Shown here: piece after piece, positions 40,259-60,178 of the stretch
Position numbering within the stretch: position 1 is the stretch's first letter
How the letters are laid out: every line of letters begins with the position of its first letter
Source of the DNA: Octopus vulgaris
Lineage: Eukaryota
DNA: 64,000 nt
Direction of reading: 5' to 3'
Assembly: GCA_951406725.2 (NCBI GenBank)
Contig: OX597826.1
Location: 58,342,001-58,406,000 of the forward strand
Notes under the pieces: generated by a model
The model's database searches: none
What the model was told of the DNA's origin: nothing
Seen by the model: the letters and a program-made list of their open reading frames with translations, nothing else
Position numbers and translations under genes: made by a program

Positions 40259-40510
40259 ATTCTTTCAAATTTTGGTACAAGGCCTGCAAGTGTGAGCGTG
40301 GGGAGAGGGTGGTTAGTCGATTTACATCGAATCAAGAACTTTATTGATACTTTATTTTATAAGCCCCGGAAGCAGGAAAGGCGAAGCTGACCTCTGCGAG
40401 ATTTGAACTCGAGATGTAAAGTGCCGGAAGAAATACTGCAAGGCAAATTTTTTTGTTGTTTTTTTTTTTGTTTTTTGTTCAGCTCTTTCAACGATTCAGC
40501 CGCTCCAGTA
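40259..40510 (-). mobile_element. old SINE family B copy (duplicate at 48261-48510)
   Basis: ttagtcgatttacatcga...ggaaaggcgaagctgacctc...atttgaactc. Confidence 0.7.
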
Positions 40511-40632
40511 CCCTTGTTCTCAATCAAATAATAAGCACCACAACAACAACCTCAACAACAGTAATAATAACACCAATAGCAATAATAGTAATAACGAGAA
40601 CACCACCATCAATAATAATAATTATTATTATT

Positions 40633-40756
<124 letters not shown>

Positions 40757-41036
40757 AAGAAGAAGAAGAAGAAGAAGAAGAAGAAGAAGAAGAAGAAGAA
40801 GAAGAAGAAGAAGAAGAAGAAGAAGAAGAAGAAGAAGAAGAAGAAGAAGAAGAAATGCAATGATTTCTATTATTGGCCATGATAGTTGAAGACAGTGAAT
40901 ACCAGAAGACAAAATGCAAACACAAAATCGATTTCCTTGAAGTTACGCAGATCATTAAGAAACAAATGTTATAACAAAAAAAAACAAACAAAATCAGGAA
41001 GAGGAGGAAAGCTTCTACATCAGGTGAATAATAATA

Positions 41037-41105
<69 letters not shown>

Positions 41106-41239
41106 TCAAAAAGGAAATAGAAGCAGCGCTAGTGTAAAAACCATCATCGACCACATATACTCAACGTATGTATCGTAGCCCACCGGAAATACACAAGATA
41201 TATACGTTAAGTATATGTGGTCGATGATGCTTGATGGTA

Positions 41240-41324
<85 letters not shown>

Positions 41325-41606
41325 TAATAATAATAATAAGGTTAATATGGGCTTAAGCTAGGGAATAAGATTGTTTGACAGAGAATAAGGAAGGAACATT
41401 TTACAAAATACCGACAGACGTTTAACTGAAAGACACTATCCGTCAACGTCTTCCATGAATTAAACATTAATATTTCGTAAGTAACAATGAAAGAGGGATG
41501 AAAATGTCATTGCATTAATGTCTTTGTGTAATTTTATTACCCTTTTGCGTCGCCATCTTACGAAATAGTAACAAACAACGAATATATATATATATATATA
41601 TATGTG

Positions 41607-41688
<82 letters not shown>

Positions 41689-42088
41689 CTTATCCAGGAT
41701 TAAAAGGGGAATACTTATTTGTATAAAGCTCTGCATCATAAGAAATGTTATCATCTGATGTAATTAATGATGGCAATTAAATAAAAGACTTGATTTTATG
41801 ATGAAAATTTGCGAAGTTAAACCGAAAATCCATAAATGCACACAGATGAAATACGCTTCTATATTACATTTATATTCCGCATCTACAGACTGTCACCAAA
41901 TATTAAAATTCTGCTAAATTTCCGTACAAAATTTCGAGAGAAAACTACTCCAACTTGAAAGAAAATTTCAATCCCATCAGGTTATGCAAATGTTTTACGG
42001 TGGCACCCGTATAACTTCGTTTCAAATAGCTTGAAATATCTCTAAGGGCAGACGTGTGTCGTTCTAAATTTCGAGCCTATGGAGATAT

Positions 42089-42238
42089 AGGAGTGGCTGT
42101 GTGGTAAGTAGCTTGCTTACCAATCACATGGTACCGGGTTCAGTCCCACTGCGTGGCACCTATGTCTTCTACTATAGCCTCGGGCCGACCAAAGCCTTGT
42201 GAGTGGATTTGGTAGACGGAAACAGAAAGAAGCCTGTC

Positions 42239-42285
<47 letters not shown>

Positions 42286-42513
42286 CATGTGTGCATATGT
42301 TTGTGTGTCTGTGTTTGTCCCCACCCAACATTACTTGACAACCGATGCTGGTGTGTTTACGTCCCCATAACTTAGCGGTTCGGCAAAAGAGACTGATAGA
42401 ATAAGTACTAGGCTTACATAGAATAAGTCCTGGGGTCGAGTTGCTCGACTAAAGGCGGTGCTCTAGCATGGCCACAGTCACATGACTGAAACAAGTAAAA
42501 GAGTAAAAGAGAG
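42089..42513 (+). mobile_element. SINE family A (duplicate at 50166-50583)
   Basis: Family A match. Confidence 0.92.
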
Positions 42514-42930
42514 TATACATGTATCAACTTCTAAAGTGTATTCATAGAGAGAAACAAAGAAAATGAGTTTAGGTGAGCATAAAAGAACGAGGAAGAAAAA
42601 GCTTATCACATAAGCCACAGAAATTAAAAGATTCTTTGTAGAAGCCAAGAACATAGTGAAAAGAAAAGAGAAAAGGATTTAGATAAGGACAAAACAACGG
42701 AAAACATTTTTTTTTGAAAATTACAAAAGACAGAATTAAAGCAGAATTCTAAAATATTCCACAAAAATATATAAAGGTACTCTTCTCTATGTCCATTATT
42801 TGCGTGATTTGTGAGACGAATTGGATACAAGGAATAACTAATAACCATATTAAATTTAATGGACTGATTTGAAGAAATAGATAGTCTAATAAGTTAAGCT
42901 ATAGAAGTGCAACTATTAATTACAAACAGA

Positions 42931-43304
42931 AACAAGAGCACTCAGCGAGCGCAAACCTCCGCCAAGGTAACACCGATGTCCTCTCAACGGTTAACCGTAG
43001 ATGATATTTAAAATGAGAATATCTGAAATAAACTTGACTGTTCTCACAAACAAGACCACTAAAAATGAACCCGACCACCATAAAAAATTAAATAAAAAAC
43101 CGGAGAAATAATCCAGAATCCTTTTCCAGTACCGGATTGATCCAAAAATCTAATCAGTTCATGCCAGTCACAATGCCAAACATCCGTGCAAGTTTCATCC
43201 GAATCCATACCGGGGTTCTTGAGATATCTTGTCTACAGACAACCACAGAAACAAACAAACACAACTAAAAGCAATACCACCGCCTTCGCTAAGGCGGAGG
43301 TAAT
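42931..43304. mobile_element. Helentron/HINE-like non-autonomous element (duplicate at 51000-51373)
   Basis: Subterminal inverted repeats ACCTCCGCC/GGCGGAGGT, terminal hairpin ccgccttcgctaaggcgg, internal (AAAC)n, AA/TT-type ends. Confidence 0.7.
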
Positions 43305-43519
43305 AAAACAACAAGAAAATAAGTTCTTACACATACAAACATACCAAATATAAACAAGAATGCGCGAACTAATCTCCTCATCTGATACAGAGGAAAGATT
43401 AAACTAGGTGTGTGTTCAAAAATATAGGAGCATAAGGGTACCTGTTGTCATCAGTAAGTACAAAGATTATGACCAAAAAACATTGCCGAACGAATTAATG
43501 AGTTATATATATATCTACA

Positions 43520-43906
43520 GGGACAAGCGTGGTTGCGTGGTACGAAGCTTGCTTCTCTACCACACGGTTCCGAGTTCAGTCTCACTGTGTGGTACCTTGG
43601 GCAATTGCTTTCTACTATAGCCTTGGACCAACCAAAGCCTTGTGAGAGGATTTAGTGAATGGAAACTGAAAGAAGCCCGTGTTAGTATGTATATATATTT
43701 TATGTGTGTATCGTTGTATCTGTATTTGTCTCTCCACCATCACTTGACAACCGATATTTATGTCACCATAACTGAGCAGTCCAGCAAAAGAGACATATAG
43801 TATAAGTACTAGGTTTACAAAGAATAAGTCCTGGGGGGGTCGATTTCTTTGACTAAAACCCTTTAAGGGGGTGATCCAGCATGGCCGCAGTCAAATGACT
43901 GAAATA
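43520..43906 (+). mobile_element. older SINE family A copy (duplicate at 51589-51975)
   Basis: Diverged head; tail ccagcatggccgcagtcaaatgactgaaa. Confidence 0.85.
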
Positions 43907-44138
43907 GTGTTCTGCTAATGAGGTAGGAAGTATTGAGACCATTAGTGGAATTTTAAAGGATGACAACTTCTGTTTGCATTTTGGGAACTGAATGTTACCT
44001 GCACTGCTGCGACAATGAGTAATGAGTGATGAGTACACACGCAATACACACACATACACATACACACACGCACACACAGATACACACACGAATGCACACA
44101 CACACATACACACGAATATGCATGTATTTATATATAAA

Positions 44139-44202
44139 CTAGCAGTATCGCCCGGCGTTGCTCGGGTTTGTAAGGGAAATAATTATAAAGCATTTTTAGA
44201 TA
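44139..44202 (-). mobile_element. Helitron 3' end running into the gap
   Basis: Minus strand ...CCCGAGCAACGCCGGG-cgatactg-CTAG|T: subterminal hairpin plus CTAG; empty A|T site at 52212|52213 in copy 2. Confidence 0.85.
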
Positions 44203-44302
44203 NNNNNNNNNNNNNNNNNNNNNNNNNNNNNNNNNNNNNNNNNNNNNNNNNNNNNNNNNNNNNNNNNNNNNNNNNNNNNNNNNNNNNNNNNNNNNNNNNN
44301 NN
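44203..44302. other. assembly gap (100 N)
   Basis: Run of N. Confidence 1.
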
Positions 44303-52212
<7,910 letters not shown>

Positions 52213-52360
52213 TACATATATAGCACATATGTATATATATGTACATGTGTATGTATGTATACATACATATATTTACCTATATATATACATATATATACAT
52301 ATGTATATATATATGTACATGTTTGTATGTATACATCCACATATATTTACCTATATATAT

Positions 52361-52398
<38 letters not shown>

Positions 52399-52530
52399 GC
52401 ATACGTATATATATATATGTACATGTATATATGTATACACATACATATATTTACCTATATATTCATGTATACACATATGTATATAAATGTACATGTATAT
52501 ATGTCTATATGTGTACACACACATATATTT

Positions 52531-52567
52531 AGCATGGCCACAGCTCGTGAGCTGAAACTAGATAAAA
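52531..52567 (+). mobile_element. minimal LINE 3'-tip insertion (hairpin only)
   Basis: agcatggccacagctcgtgagctgaaactaga matches 31639-31670 with one mismatch. Confidence 0.75.
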
Positions 52568-53008
52568 TTTAAAAAATTAAAAATAAATATATATCTCTAT
52601 ATATAAAACTGGCGTTTTTACCGCTTGGTTCGCTTTCAATGCCACTACATCCCGTCCGATTCGCTCCAAAATTTACAGGGACATGTAGAATGAGGTGACG
52701 ATGCGCGTGGGCTACCTTACAAATCCCTATCTTAAAAGGTGTGGTTGCTAGGGGCCATCTTCCTACCTCACCCTATATCCTCCAGTACTCTGTCACTCCT
52801 CTTCATTTGACAATGCAACTACCGTTATTTAATGTAACGTCTTCCTCAAATCACTCTGTCGCGATTTACTCTCTTCCAAGAACATTTTCACTCACTCTTA
52901 TCTCTTACCTTCCTATACATTTTACTCATGTATCTATCAGCGTTCATGGACAGTAACAAATATTACATCGCCATCCCCATCGCCATCGCATTCTATTGTC
53001 TACCTGTC

Positions 53009-53052
<44 letters not shown>

Positions 53053-53420
53053 CATATATCTAATATTATATTTTTATTTTTATGTTTTTGTTTTTGGTTT
53101 TTTTACTGTTTCATTTCCCTATTAGTGGTTTTATCTCTAATTTAATTTCTACAGCGTGCACACACACACACCTATATGTGGACCCAGTACACCCGAATGA
53201 AATCGGGTTCTCTTCATCAAAATGTGAAAAGGGGTCTACAATTATCATCGCCACAACTTATGTATGTCTTCCTCACTCACTCACTCTTTTTCCTAATGAT
53301 AATTATCATCGCCACCACCAACACCACCAACACACAATCTGGACAATCTTTCTCTTATAACAAATCATGCTTACATTGCAACGACGTCTGCCACCTCCGC
53401 CGTCTCTATTTATTCTGCAA

Positions 53421-53534
53421 ATGACCAGAACTCGGGAAACTTGGTTTAGTGTTCTATGGTCTATGACCAGAACTCGGGAAACTTGGTTGAGTGTTCTATG
53501 GTCTATGACCAGAACTTGGGAAACTTGGTTGAGT
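53421..53534 (+). repeat. 42-bp tandem repeat (~2.7 copies) inside the Helitron
   Basis: atgaccagaactcgggaaacttggtt(t/g)agtgttctatggtct at 53421, 53463 and 53505. Confidence 0.9.
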
Positions 53535-54224
53535 CCTCATCTTATAAAATGTGGCCCCAGTACACCCAAATGAAATCGGGTTATATTAACCAAAAGGTGA
53601 AAAGGGGTATAAATGGGGCTGGAAGGGGATTAAAATTTAAAGGAGCGGGTGTTTAGCAATTCTCTGTTACATCAAGCTAAAAAATTTCCTCCAGCCTTTT
53701 AATCGTCAATGTGTTGCCGTCCATGATGAAGAAGTTTTGAATGCTTGCCATCGTGAGTCTACTGTCGTGAGAAAGAATCAAGTCAAAACTTGGTTTTTAG
53801 GGATTTTCTTTTACATCAAGTTCAATATTTTACGCCAGCCGTTGAACTGTCAATACGTTGCTGTCCGTCGTTAAGAAATGCCAGCCATGGTGACTCTACT
53901 ATCCTCAAAGTCTATCCCTTCAAACTTTGGTTTCCAATATTTTATTATTTTTATTCAGCTCGCAAGTTCGTCTGTCCCTTTTAAATGTTAGTATTTTGCT
54001 GTCTGTCTTGAAGCAGACCTTTCCTTTGTAACTGCCTGATATTTATGATTGATCTTTCTAAATATTTTATTTCTCAACTTACTCAAGATCTTTTGTTGTT
54101 TATAAATGGGAGAGAGATACATAAAGATAGAGAGTAAGAGAAAGCGAGGGAGAGTCCGAGAGAAAGGAAGAGTAAGAGAGTGGGAAAGTGAGAGAGAAAG
54201 GAGAAAGAAACAAAGAGGGAGAAT

Positions 54225-54540
54225 CATCATCATCATCATCATCGTTTAACGTCCGTTTTCCGTGCTAGCACGGGTTGGACAGTTTGACAGGGGTCTGGGA
54301 AGCCAGGAGGCTGCACCAGGCTCCAGTCTGATCTGGCAGTGTTTCGACAGGTGGATGCCCTTCCTAACGCCAACCACTCTGTGAGCGTAGTGGGTGCTTT
54401 TTTCGTGCCGCCTGCACAGGTGCCAGGGGGGCTGGCAGCGGCCACGATCGGTTGGTGCTTTTTACGTGCCACCAGCACAGAAGCCAGTCAAGGCGGCGCT
54501 GCAATCCGCCACGTTCGGATGGTGCTTTTTACGTGCTGAA
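54225..54540 (-). mobile_element. Meta-domain-type SINE with (ATG)n tail, 5' truncated
   Basis: Minus strand GGTTGGCGTTAGGAAGGGCATCC and 3' end cggacgttaaacg(atg)n. Confidence 0.75.
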
Positions 54541-54714
54541 AGGAAGCAACAGAAAGTAACAACCACACTCTTACCCGCGCGTAGAGCGGGTCACCTTCAG
54601 CTAGTATATATATATAAACACATACTCTAACACATTATATATGTGTGTACGTATATCTTCGTACATAGATATGAAATATATATATGTATATGTGTGTGTT
54701 CGTGTGCGTGTGTT

Positions 54715-54769
<55 letters not shown>

Positions 54770-55338
54770 GTGTGTTGTACTTGTTTTACTCAATTCTTGA
54801 TGCTCAATTGCATTTAGAAGCATATTCCTGTAATTTGGCCGATCATGCTGTCAAATGTAACAGACAGGTTATATTTCACTTGTATTTTGTCATTAATTGC
54901 TAAATAATATGTATATTAATTAATAAATAAATTGATTGATTGCTTTTTACCAATGTTCTTCCGTTACAACCTTTGACCTTACCGATGCAACACACCCCTT
55001 CTTCACCATCTTCATGCTACGGCACACACCCTGCTGTTTCATTCTTGCATTGTATCTTATAGCGCATGTTGTTCATGTTATTTGTACGTACACTATACGT
55101 TTATATGGACATATGTATGGCTGTACATGTGTCTATATGAAATTTATATTAAGGATGGTCCAGTGAATGCTGTGTATATGTGATTGTGCATGTGTGTGGT
55201 TATAATGGCAGTGGTGGGTGTGGTACCTCTGTTGACCTTTGGTCTTTGGAATTCAGGCTTCAGATTTCGTAATTCATTTCGAATTCATTACGCCCGCATA
55301 TTTATAAAATGATGTCAATATGTGTATATATAATTCTA

Positions 55339-55512
55339 AGGTGGCGAGTTGGCAGAATCGATAGCCTGTCTTTGCGTCCTGAGTTCAAATTCCACCGAGG
55401 TCGACTTTGCCTTTGATCCTTACGGGGTCGATAAAAGAAGTACCAGTTGAGTTATCGGGCCGATGTAATTGATTAACCCTTGAAATTGCTGGGCTTTTGT
55501 CAAAATTTGAAA
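55339..55512 (+). mobile_element. SINE family B
   Basis: Head and core match. Confidence 0.85.
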
Positions 55513-55544
55513 TCCATATTATGTATATTTTTGTTTTACTTGAA

Positions 55545-55699
55545 GGGGCCTAGTCGATTTCATCAATGCCAGCGTTTAATTGGTATTTATTTTATCGACC
55601 CCGAAAGGAAGAAAGGTAGAGTCGACCTCGGTTGGATTTGAACTCAGACCGTAATGACGGACGAAATGCCGCTAAGCATTTCGTCCGGCGCGCTGCCTT
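55545..55699 (-). mobile_element. SINE family B, inverted relative to 55339
   Basis: ttatcgaccccgaaagga..aaaggtagagtcgacctcgg...atttgaactcag. Confidence 0.85.
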
Positions 55700-55719
55700 T
55701 CTAATATAATAATAATAAT

Positions 55720-55985
55720 GACAGGTTAGCTTGGGATGTTAAGCAGTTGTGGTTGATGAAAAAGGTGGTAGTAGTACCAATAATTGTCGGTGTCCTGGGA
55801 AAAGTGAGTAAAAGTGTTGAGAAGTACATGGAACAAATAGGGGCTGTAATAAGGATGGAGCACTTGCAGAAAACAGCACTGCTTGGATGGTGCTCGAAAA
55901 ATAAGGGGTGTTACCTTAGTTCACTGGTAATGAACAGCTGGCACCGTAGTACATCTCCAGCGTTAGAAGTTGTGCAAAGACAAAT
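55720..55985 (+). mobile_element. R4/Dong-clade (RLE) LINE 3' end inserted in (TAA)n
   Basis: DRLAWDVKQLWLMKKVVVVPIIVGVLGKVSKSVEKYMEQIGAVIRMEHLQKTALLG; TAA repeats on both sides. Confidence 0.8.
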
Positions 55986-56019
55986 AATAATAATAATGAT
56001 AATAATAATAATAATAATA

Positions 56020-56197
<178 letters not shown>

Positions 56198-56711
56198 TGA
56201 TAAATCATGTACATTGTTTTGTCTTGGTATAAAAGATGGGCTACAGCAAATATTCTGCTCAATACCACAGATTTGCTTGTCAGTTGCTTGACCATAACCA
56301 GTTGAACATGTCCCTTAGTGGCTGACGATATGTGCGTCTCTGATCACGAGCAGAAGTAGTGGGGGAATATCATAGCCGGGTGTTGAAAGGAATTCTTAGA
56401 GGTTTGGATAATTCACATGGGTGGTTCGTTCAACATCCTTAAACAATCCTTATTCAGGGACGTTTTGAGTGGGATGGGTTACTCGACCAGAAGAAAATTC
56501 TAACTGGGCCCCACCTGCAAGGTCATGCACTATTCATCTTGATATGAGATCACCATGTCGCGCACATATGGGTGTGATGCATGTGCCTAGTGTGCCCTTA
56601 TTAGACGGGTAGTCATGATGAATATACTGGACTTCGTATATTTTACCCACGTGTCTCTTTGATGGCATGCACTGCTCTCTCACAATAATAATAGCAATAG
56701 TAATAATAACA

Positions 56712-57122
56712 GTCCTTTGTGGTTTAGGTATAAGGCCTGAAATTTGGAGTGAAAGCTGCTAGTCGATTACATCGTCGCCAATGTTTATCTGGTATTTTAT
56801 CGACCAATAAAGGATGAAAGGCAAAGTGGACCTCTACGAAATTTGAACTCAGAACGTAACGATAAACGAAATGGTGCTGAGAATTTTGCCCAGAGTACCA
56901 GCGATTCTGCCATCTTGCACTGATTTAGTCCCAGAATAAACAATTTTGAAGGAAAGTGGTCAGTTGATCCCCTTCACTCCAATACGTAGGTTGTAGCTTA
57001 TGTGTCGATCCTGCAATGAAAGGTAAAGTTAACCTCACCCGGGATTTGAACTCAGAACGTAAAGAGCAAAATAATTGCAAAGCATTTTGTCCGATACTAT
57101 AACGACTATGTGCCACGCCACC
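56712..57122 (-). mobile_element. two tandem old SINE family B copies (56712-56915, 56960-57122)
   Basis: Each has tgaaagg.aaagt..acctc...atttgaactcagaacgtaa. Confidence 0.8.
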
Positions 57123-57168
57123 GTCCGAATACAATTATGGTACTGCTTCTGATGATGATGATGATACT

Positions 57169-57581
57169 CTCTTTACCCTCTTTTACTTGTTTCAGCCATT
57201 TGACTGCGGTCATGCTGGAGCACCGCCTTTAGTCGAGCAAATCGACCCCGGGACTTATTCTTTGTAAGCCCAGTACTTATTCTATCGGTCTCTTTTGCCG
57301 AACTGCTAAGTGACGGGGACGTAAACACACCAGCATCGGTTGTCAAGCAATGCTAGAGGGACAAACACAGACACACAAACATATACATACACATACATAC
57401 ATATATATACATATATACGACAGGCTTCTTTCAGTTTCCGTCTACCAAATCCACTCACAAGTCTTTGGTCGGCCCGAGGTTATAAGCAGAAGACACTTGC
57501 CCAAGATGCCACGCAGTGGGACTGAACCCTGAACCATGTGGTTGGTAGGTAAGCTACTTACCACACAGCCACTCCTGCGCC
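57169..57581 (-). mobile_element. SINE family A, full length, inside (GAT)n
   Basis: Complete from the GGCGCAGGAGTGG head to the tail; GAT repeats on both sides. Confidence 0.93.
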
Positions 57582-57644
<63 letters not shown>

Positions 57645-58578
57645 AAGCTAGATGAGGATTTGTCACATTGGTATATTGCCACGCGAGTCTGATCAAATGT
57701 GGCGTCTTCTAGGATTTATTGGAAATTGTGTAGAAACACGCAAAGTACAATAGCACAGAAACATAAAATACAAACTAAACAACAAAAATAGAATATAACA
57801 AAAATTACCTGAAATCAAAGATCGCCTAAGACAAGAGATCCTTGTGAAATACAAAGAATCTCTCGTTATGAAAAGCAACAAGGATTTCTTTTTTGTTTTA
57901 ACAAAACAAGCAATTCGTTTTAAACGATTTTAGCAAGTACTACGCAAAAAAAAAAAAGGGAAGAAAAAAACAGCCAAGTAAATAAATCAAATGTAGTGCA
58001 AGAGAATGAGAAGATATGTGGTGGTGGTGGTGGTGGTGGTGGTGATGGTGGTGATGGTGGTGATGGTGGTGATGGTTTTTGGTTATGGCAGCAGCGGTGG
58101 AGGTAGGGAGACGAAGAATAGATGAATCACCAGGGGCGAGAAATGTTTCACAGAAACGCAAAACCCAAAAAAAAGCAAAGCGAAAAAAAAAAAAAAATCA
58201 AAACAAAATAAAACAAAAAAAAAACAAACACAAACACAATGTCGAGAAGGAATGGCAACACAAAAAGTCACCCAAACAAAAAAAAAAAAAACAAAAATAA
58301 AAACATGAAAATATAAACAAAAAGTGCAGTACCCGGAAATGACAACGTGATAAACCGCTGGCTCAAATATATAACTGAATGTCAGAACATATTTGCAAAG
58401 ATATTCAACATTTTATTGCAAGAATCATAAACAAAACAGGAATGGTTGGTTAATCGAGAGAAAGAACCCAACCAAAGATCTCAAAGCTGTAAAAGCGCAG
58501 TTAATAAACGTGTAGTAGATACATTGTTATTTATATACGGTGCATGGAATCGGTGGAGCAATTGTCATAAAATCCAGT

Positions 58579-58772
58579 TTAGAAATATTCGTCAAGATCA
58601 ACTTGTAGACAGCAAAAGAAAAGAGTAATATCTGTTAACCAAAGAAAGAGAAATATGAGAAATTGACCATCGACAGGTAAAAACTGAGACAGTAACGATA
58701 AAAGGGAGGTGGTGGAACTTCGTGGTTTTGGCTCTGAGGATTCAGTGGTTTCTTCAACTGAATTATCTGCTC
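58579..58772 (-). CDS. putative terminal exon of a cell-surface (possibly GPI-anchored) protein
   Basis: Acceptor ctttgtttattaattcAG|GA (phase 1); peptide ADNSVEETTESSEPKPRSSTTSLLSLLSQFLPVDGQFLIFLFLWLTDITLFFCCLQVDLDEYF*; non-repetitive; AATAAA at 58417-58412 followed by a U-rich tract. Confidence 0.42.
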
Positions 58773-58833
58773 CTGAATTAATAAACAAAGTGCTGGGTAT
58801 TCTACAGACACGTGTACTGTTAATGTAATTCTC

Positions 58834-59175
58834 GTGAAGGTGCTGGCTTAATGGGTAGGAGATTCGGCTAAAGATTGTAAGGTTGTGAGTTCGGTTCCCG
58901 GTTGCGCGTTGTGTCCTTGAGTAAGACAGTCTATTTCACGTTGAGTAAGACACTTTATTTCACGTTCCACTCAACTGGAAAAAAATGAGCAGTACCTATA
59001 TTTCAAAGGGCCGGCCTTGTCACCTTCTGTGACTCGTTGAATCTCCCTGAGAACTACGTTCAGTACGCATGTCTGATGAGTGCTCAGCCATTTGCACGTT
59101 ACTTTCACGAGCAGTGTTGATCGGATCAACCGGAATCCTCCTCGTCGTAACCGAAGGAGTTCCAATTTATTCTTC
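58834..59175 (+). mobile_element. tRNA-derived V-domain-like SINE with 10-bp TSD
   Basis: A/B boxes tggcttaatgg and gagttcggttccc; ttgtgtccttgagtaagaca; TSD TGTAATTCTC at 58824-58833 and 59176-59185; internal 24-bp tandem duplication. Confidence 0.8.
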
Positions 59176-59536
59176 TGTAATTCTCAAGTAGACTCAGCGT
59201 GACAAGCATCTATCTTTTGGATTACGGGTATGCTGTAGCTAGCGAGCTTTATTACAGTTACCCAATTTAATTCAGAAAGTATGGGTGGACCCGAGCCTGT
59301 AGAAAACAACACTTACTCAAGATTATACGCAACGGGATTAAACCTGAAGCTTCGTGGCCGGGAAGCGATTTTCTTAACCATTCGGCCAAATCATGCCAAT
59401 CTAAAGGAAAAGAGTACATTTTACTTTAAGGAAAACAAGTTTTAGAAAGGGATATCATAGACACATACGATTAATATTTAGTAAGGTAATAAGTATTAAT
59501 ACTCTCGTTGTTTCGGAAATAAGATATAATCTAAGT

Positions 59537-59865
59537 CAGAGGTTCTCAAACGTTTTGGGTCACCGCCCCCCTCATGGCCACATAATACTCTCAGCGCCCC
59601 ACCCCTATTTTTATGTATAAATAAATAGTTTATATTTCACTAATTTATACATACTATGAATCATTTGATATTTAATACAATATATAATTTGTATATAATA
59701 CTATAATAATATCATAATAAATTCATAGCATCTCCTAATCCACTGTTTTCCTCCCAACGCCTCCTTTTTATCTACCGCCCCACTACCGCTCCTTAGGCAC
59801 CAGCGCCTACCTGGACAGTCTCAACGTCCACCGGGGGCCGGTAGCGCCCACTTTCATATCCTATG
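59537..59865. mobile_element. hAT (Charlie-like) MITE
   Basis: 8-bp TSD ATCTAAGT (59529-59536, 59866-59873); left TIR CAGAGGTTCTCAAAC; degenerate right TIR; CGCCCC-type subterminal motifs. Confidence 0.85.
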
Positions 59866-60178
59866 ATCTAAGTTATAATTTTCTCTAATGGAAGCTCACG
59901 AATTATTAAGACTAGAAGGAAAAAAAAAGAGCAGAGTAAATAATGACAGAATTTAGAATGTACAATTCAAAATCTGACAGAGTGACAGATGTTCATTAAG
60001 CTAGACAATTATTACAAAATATATGTACTGCTATACAAAAGAGTATTTTGTAAACTGTGATGGAAAACTAATACGAATATGTAGAATATATATTAAACAT
60101 ATAAAACTCTACCCAGCCGGCATTTGTATAGTCATTAAAGGTTAACAATTATGTAAGAAGAGCTGGAACTATAACATA

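Larger units (their letters stand above)
52594..54604 (+). mobile_element. non-autonomous Helitron, ~2.0 kb including a nested SINE
   Basis: A|TCTCTATATATAAAACTG start; 3' hairpin ACCCGC-gcgtaga-GCGGGT, then caccttcag-CTAG|T; no TSD. Confidence 0.8.

Noticed and set aside
57790-57850. Micro-exon or recursive splice site (minus strand ttgatttcAG|GTaatt)
   Set aside because: Short motif expected by chance in AT-rich DNA; no supporting evidence
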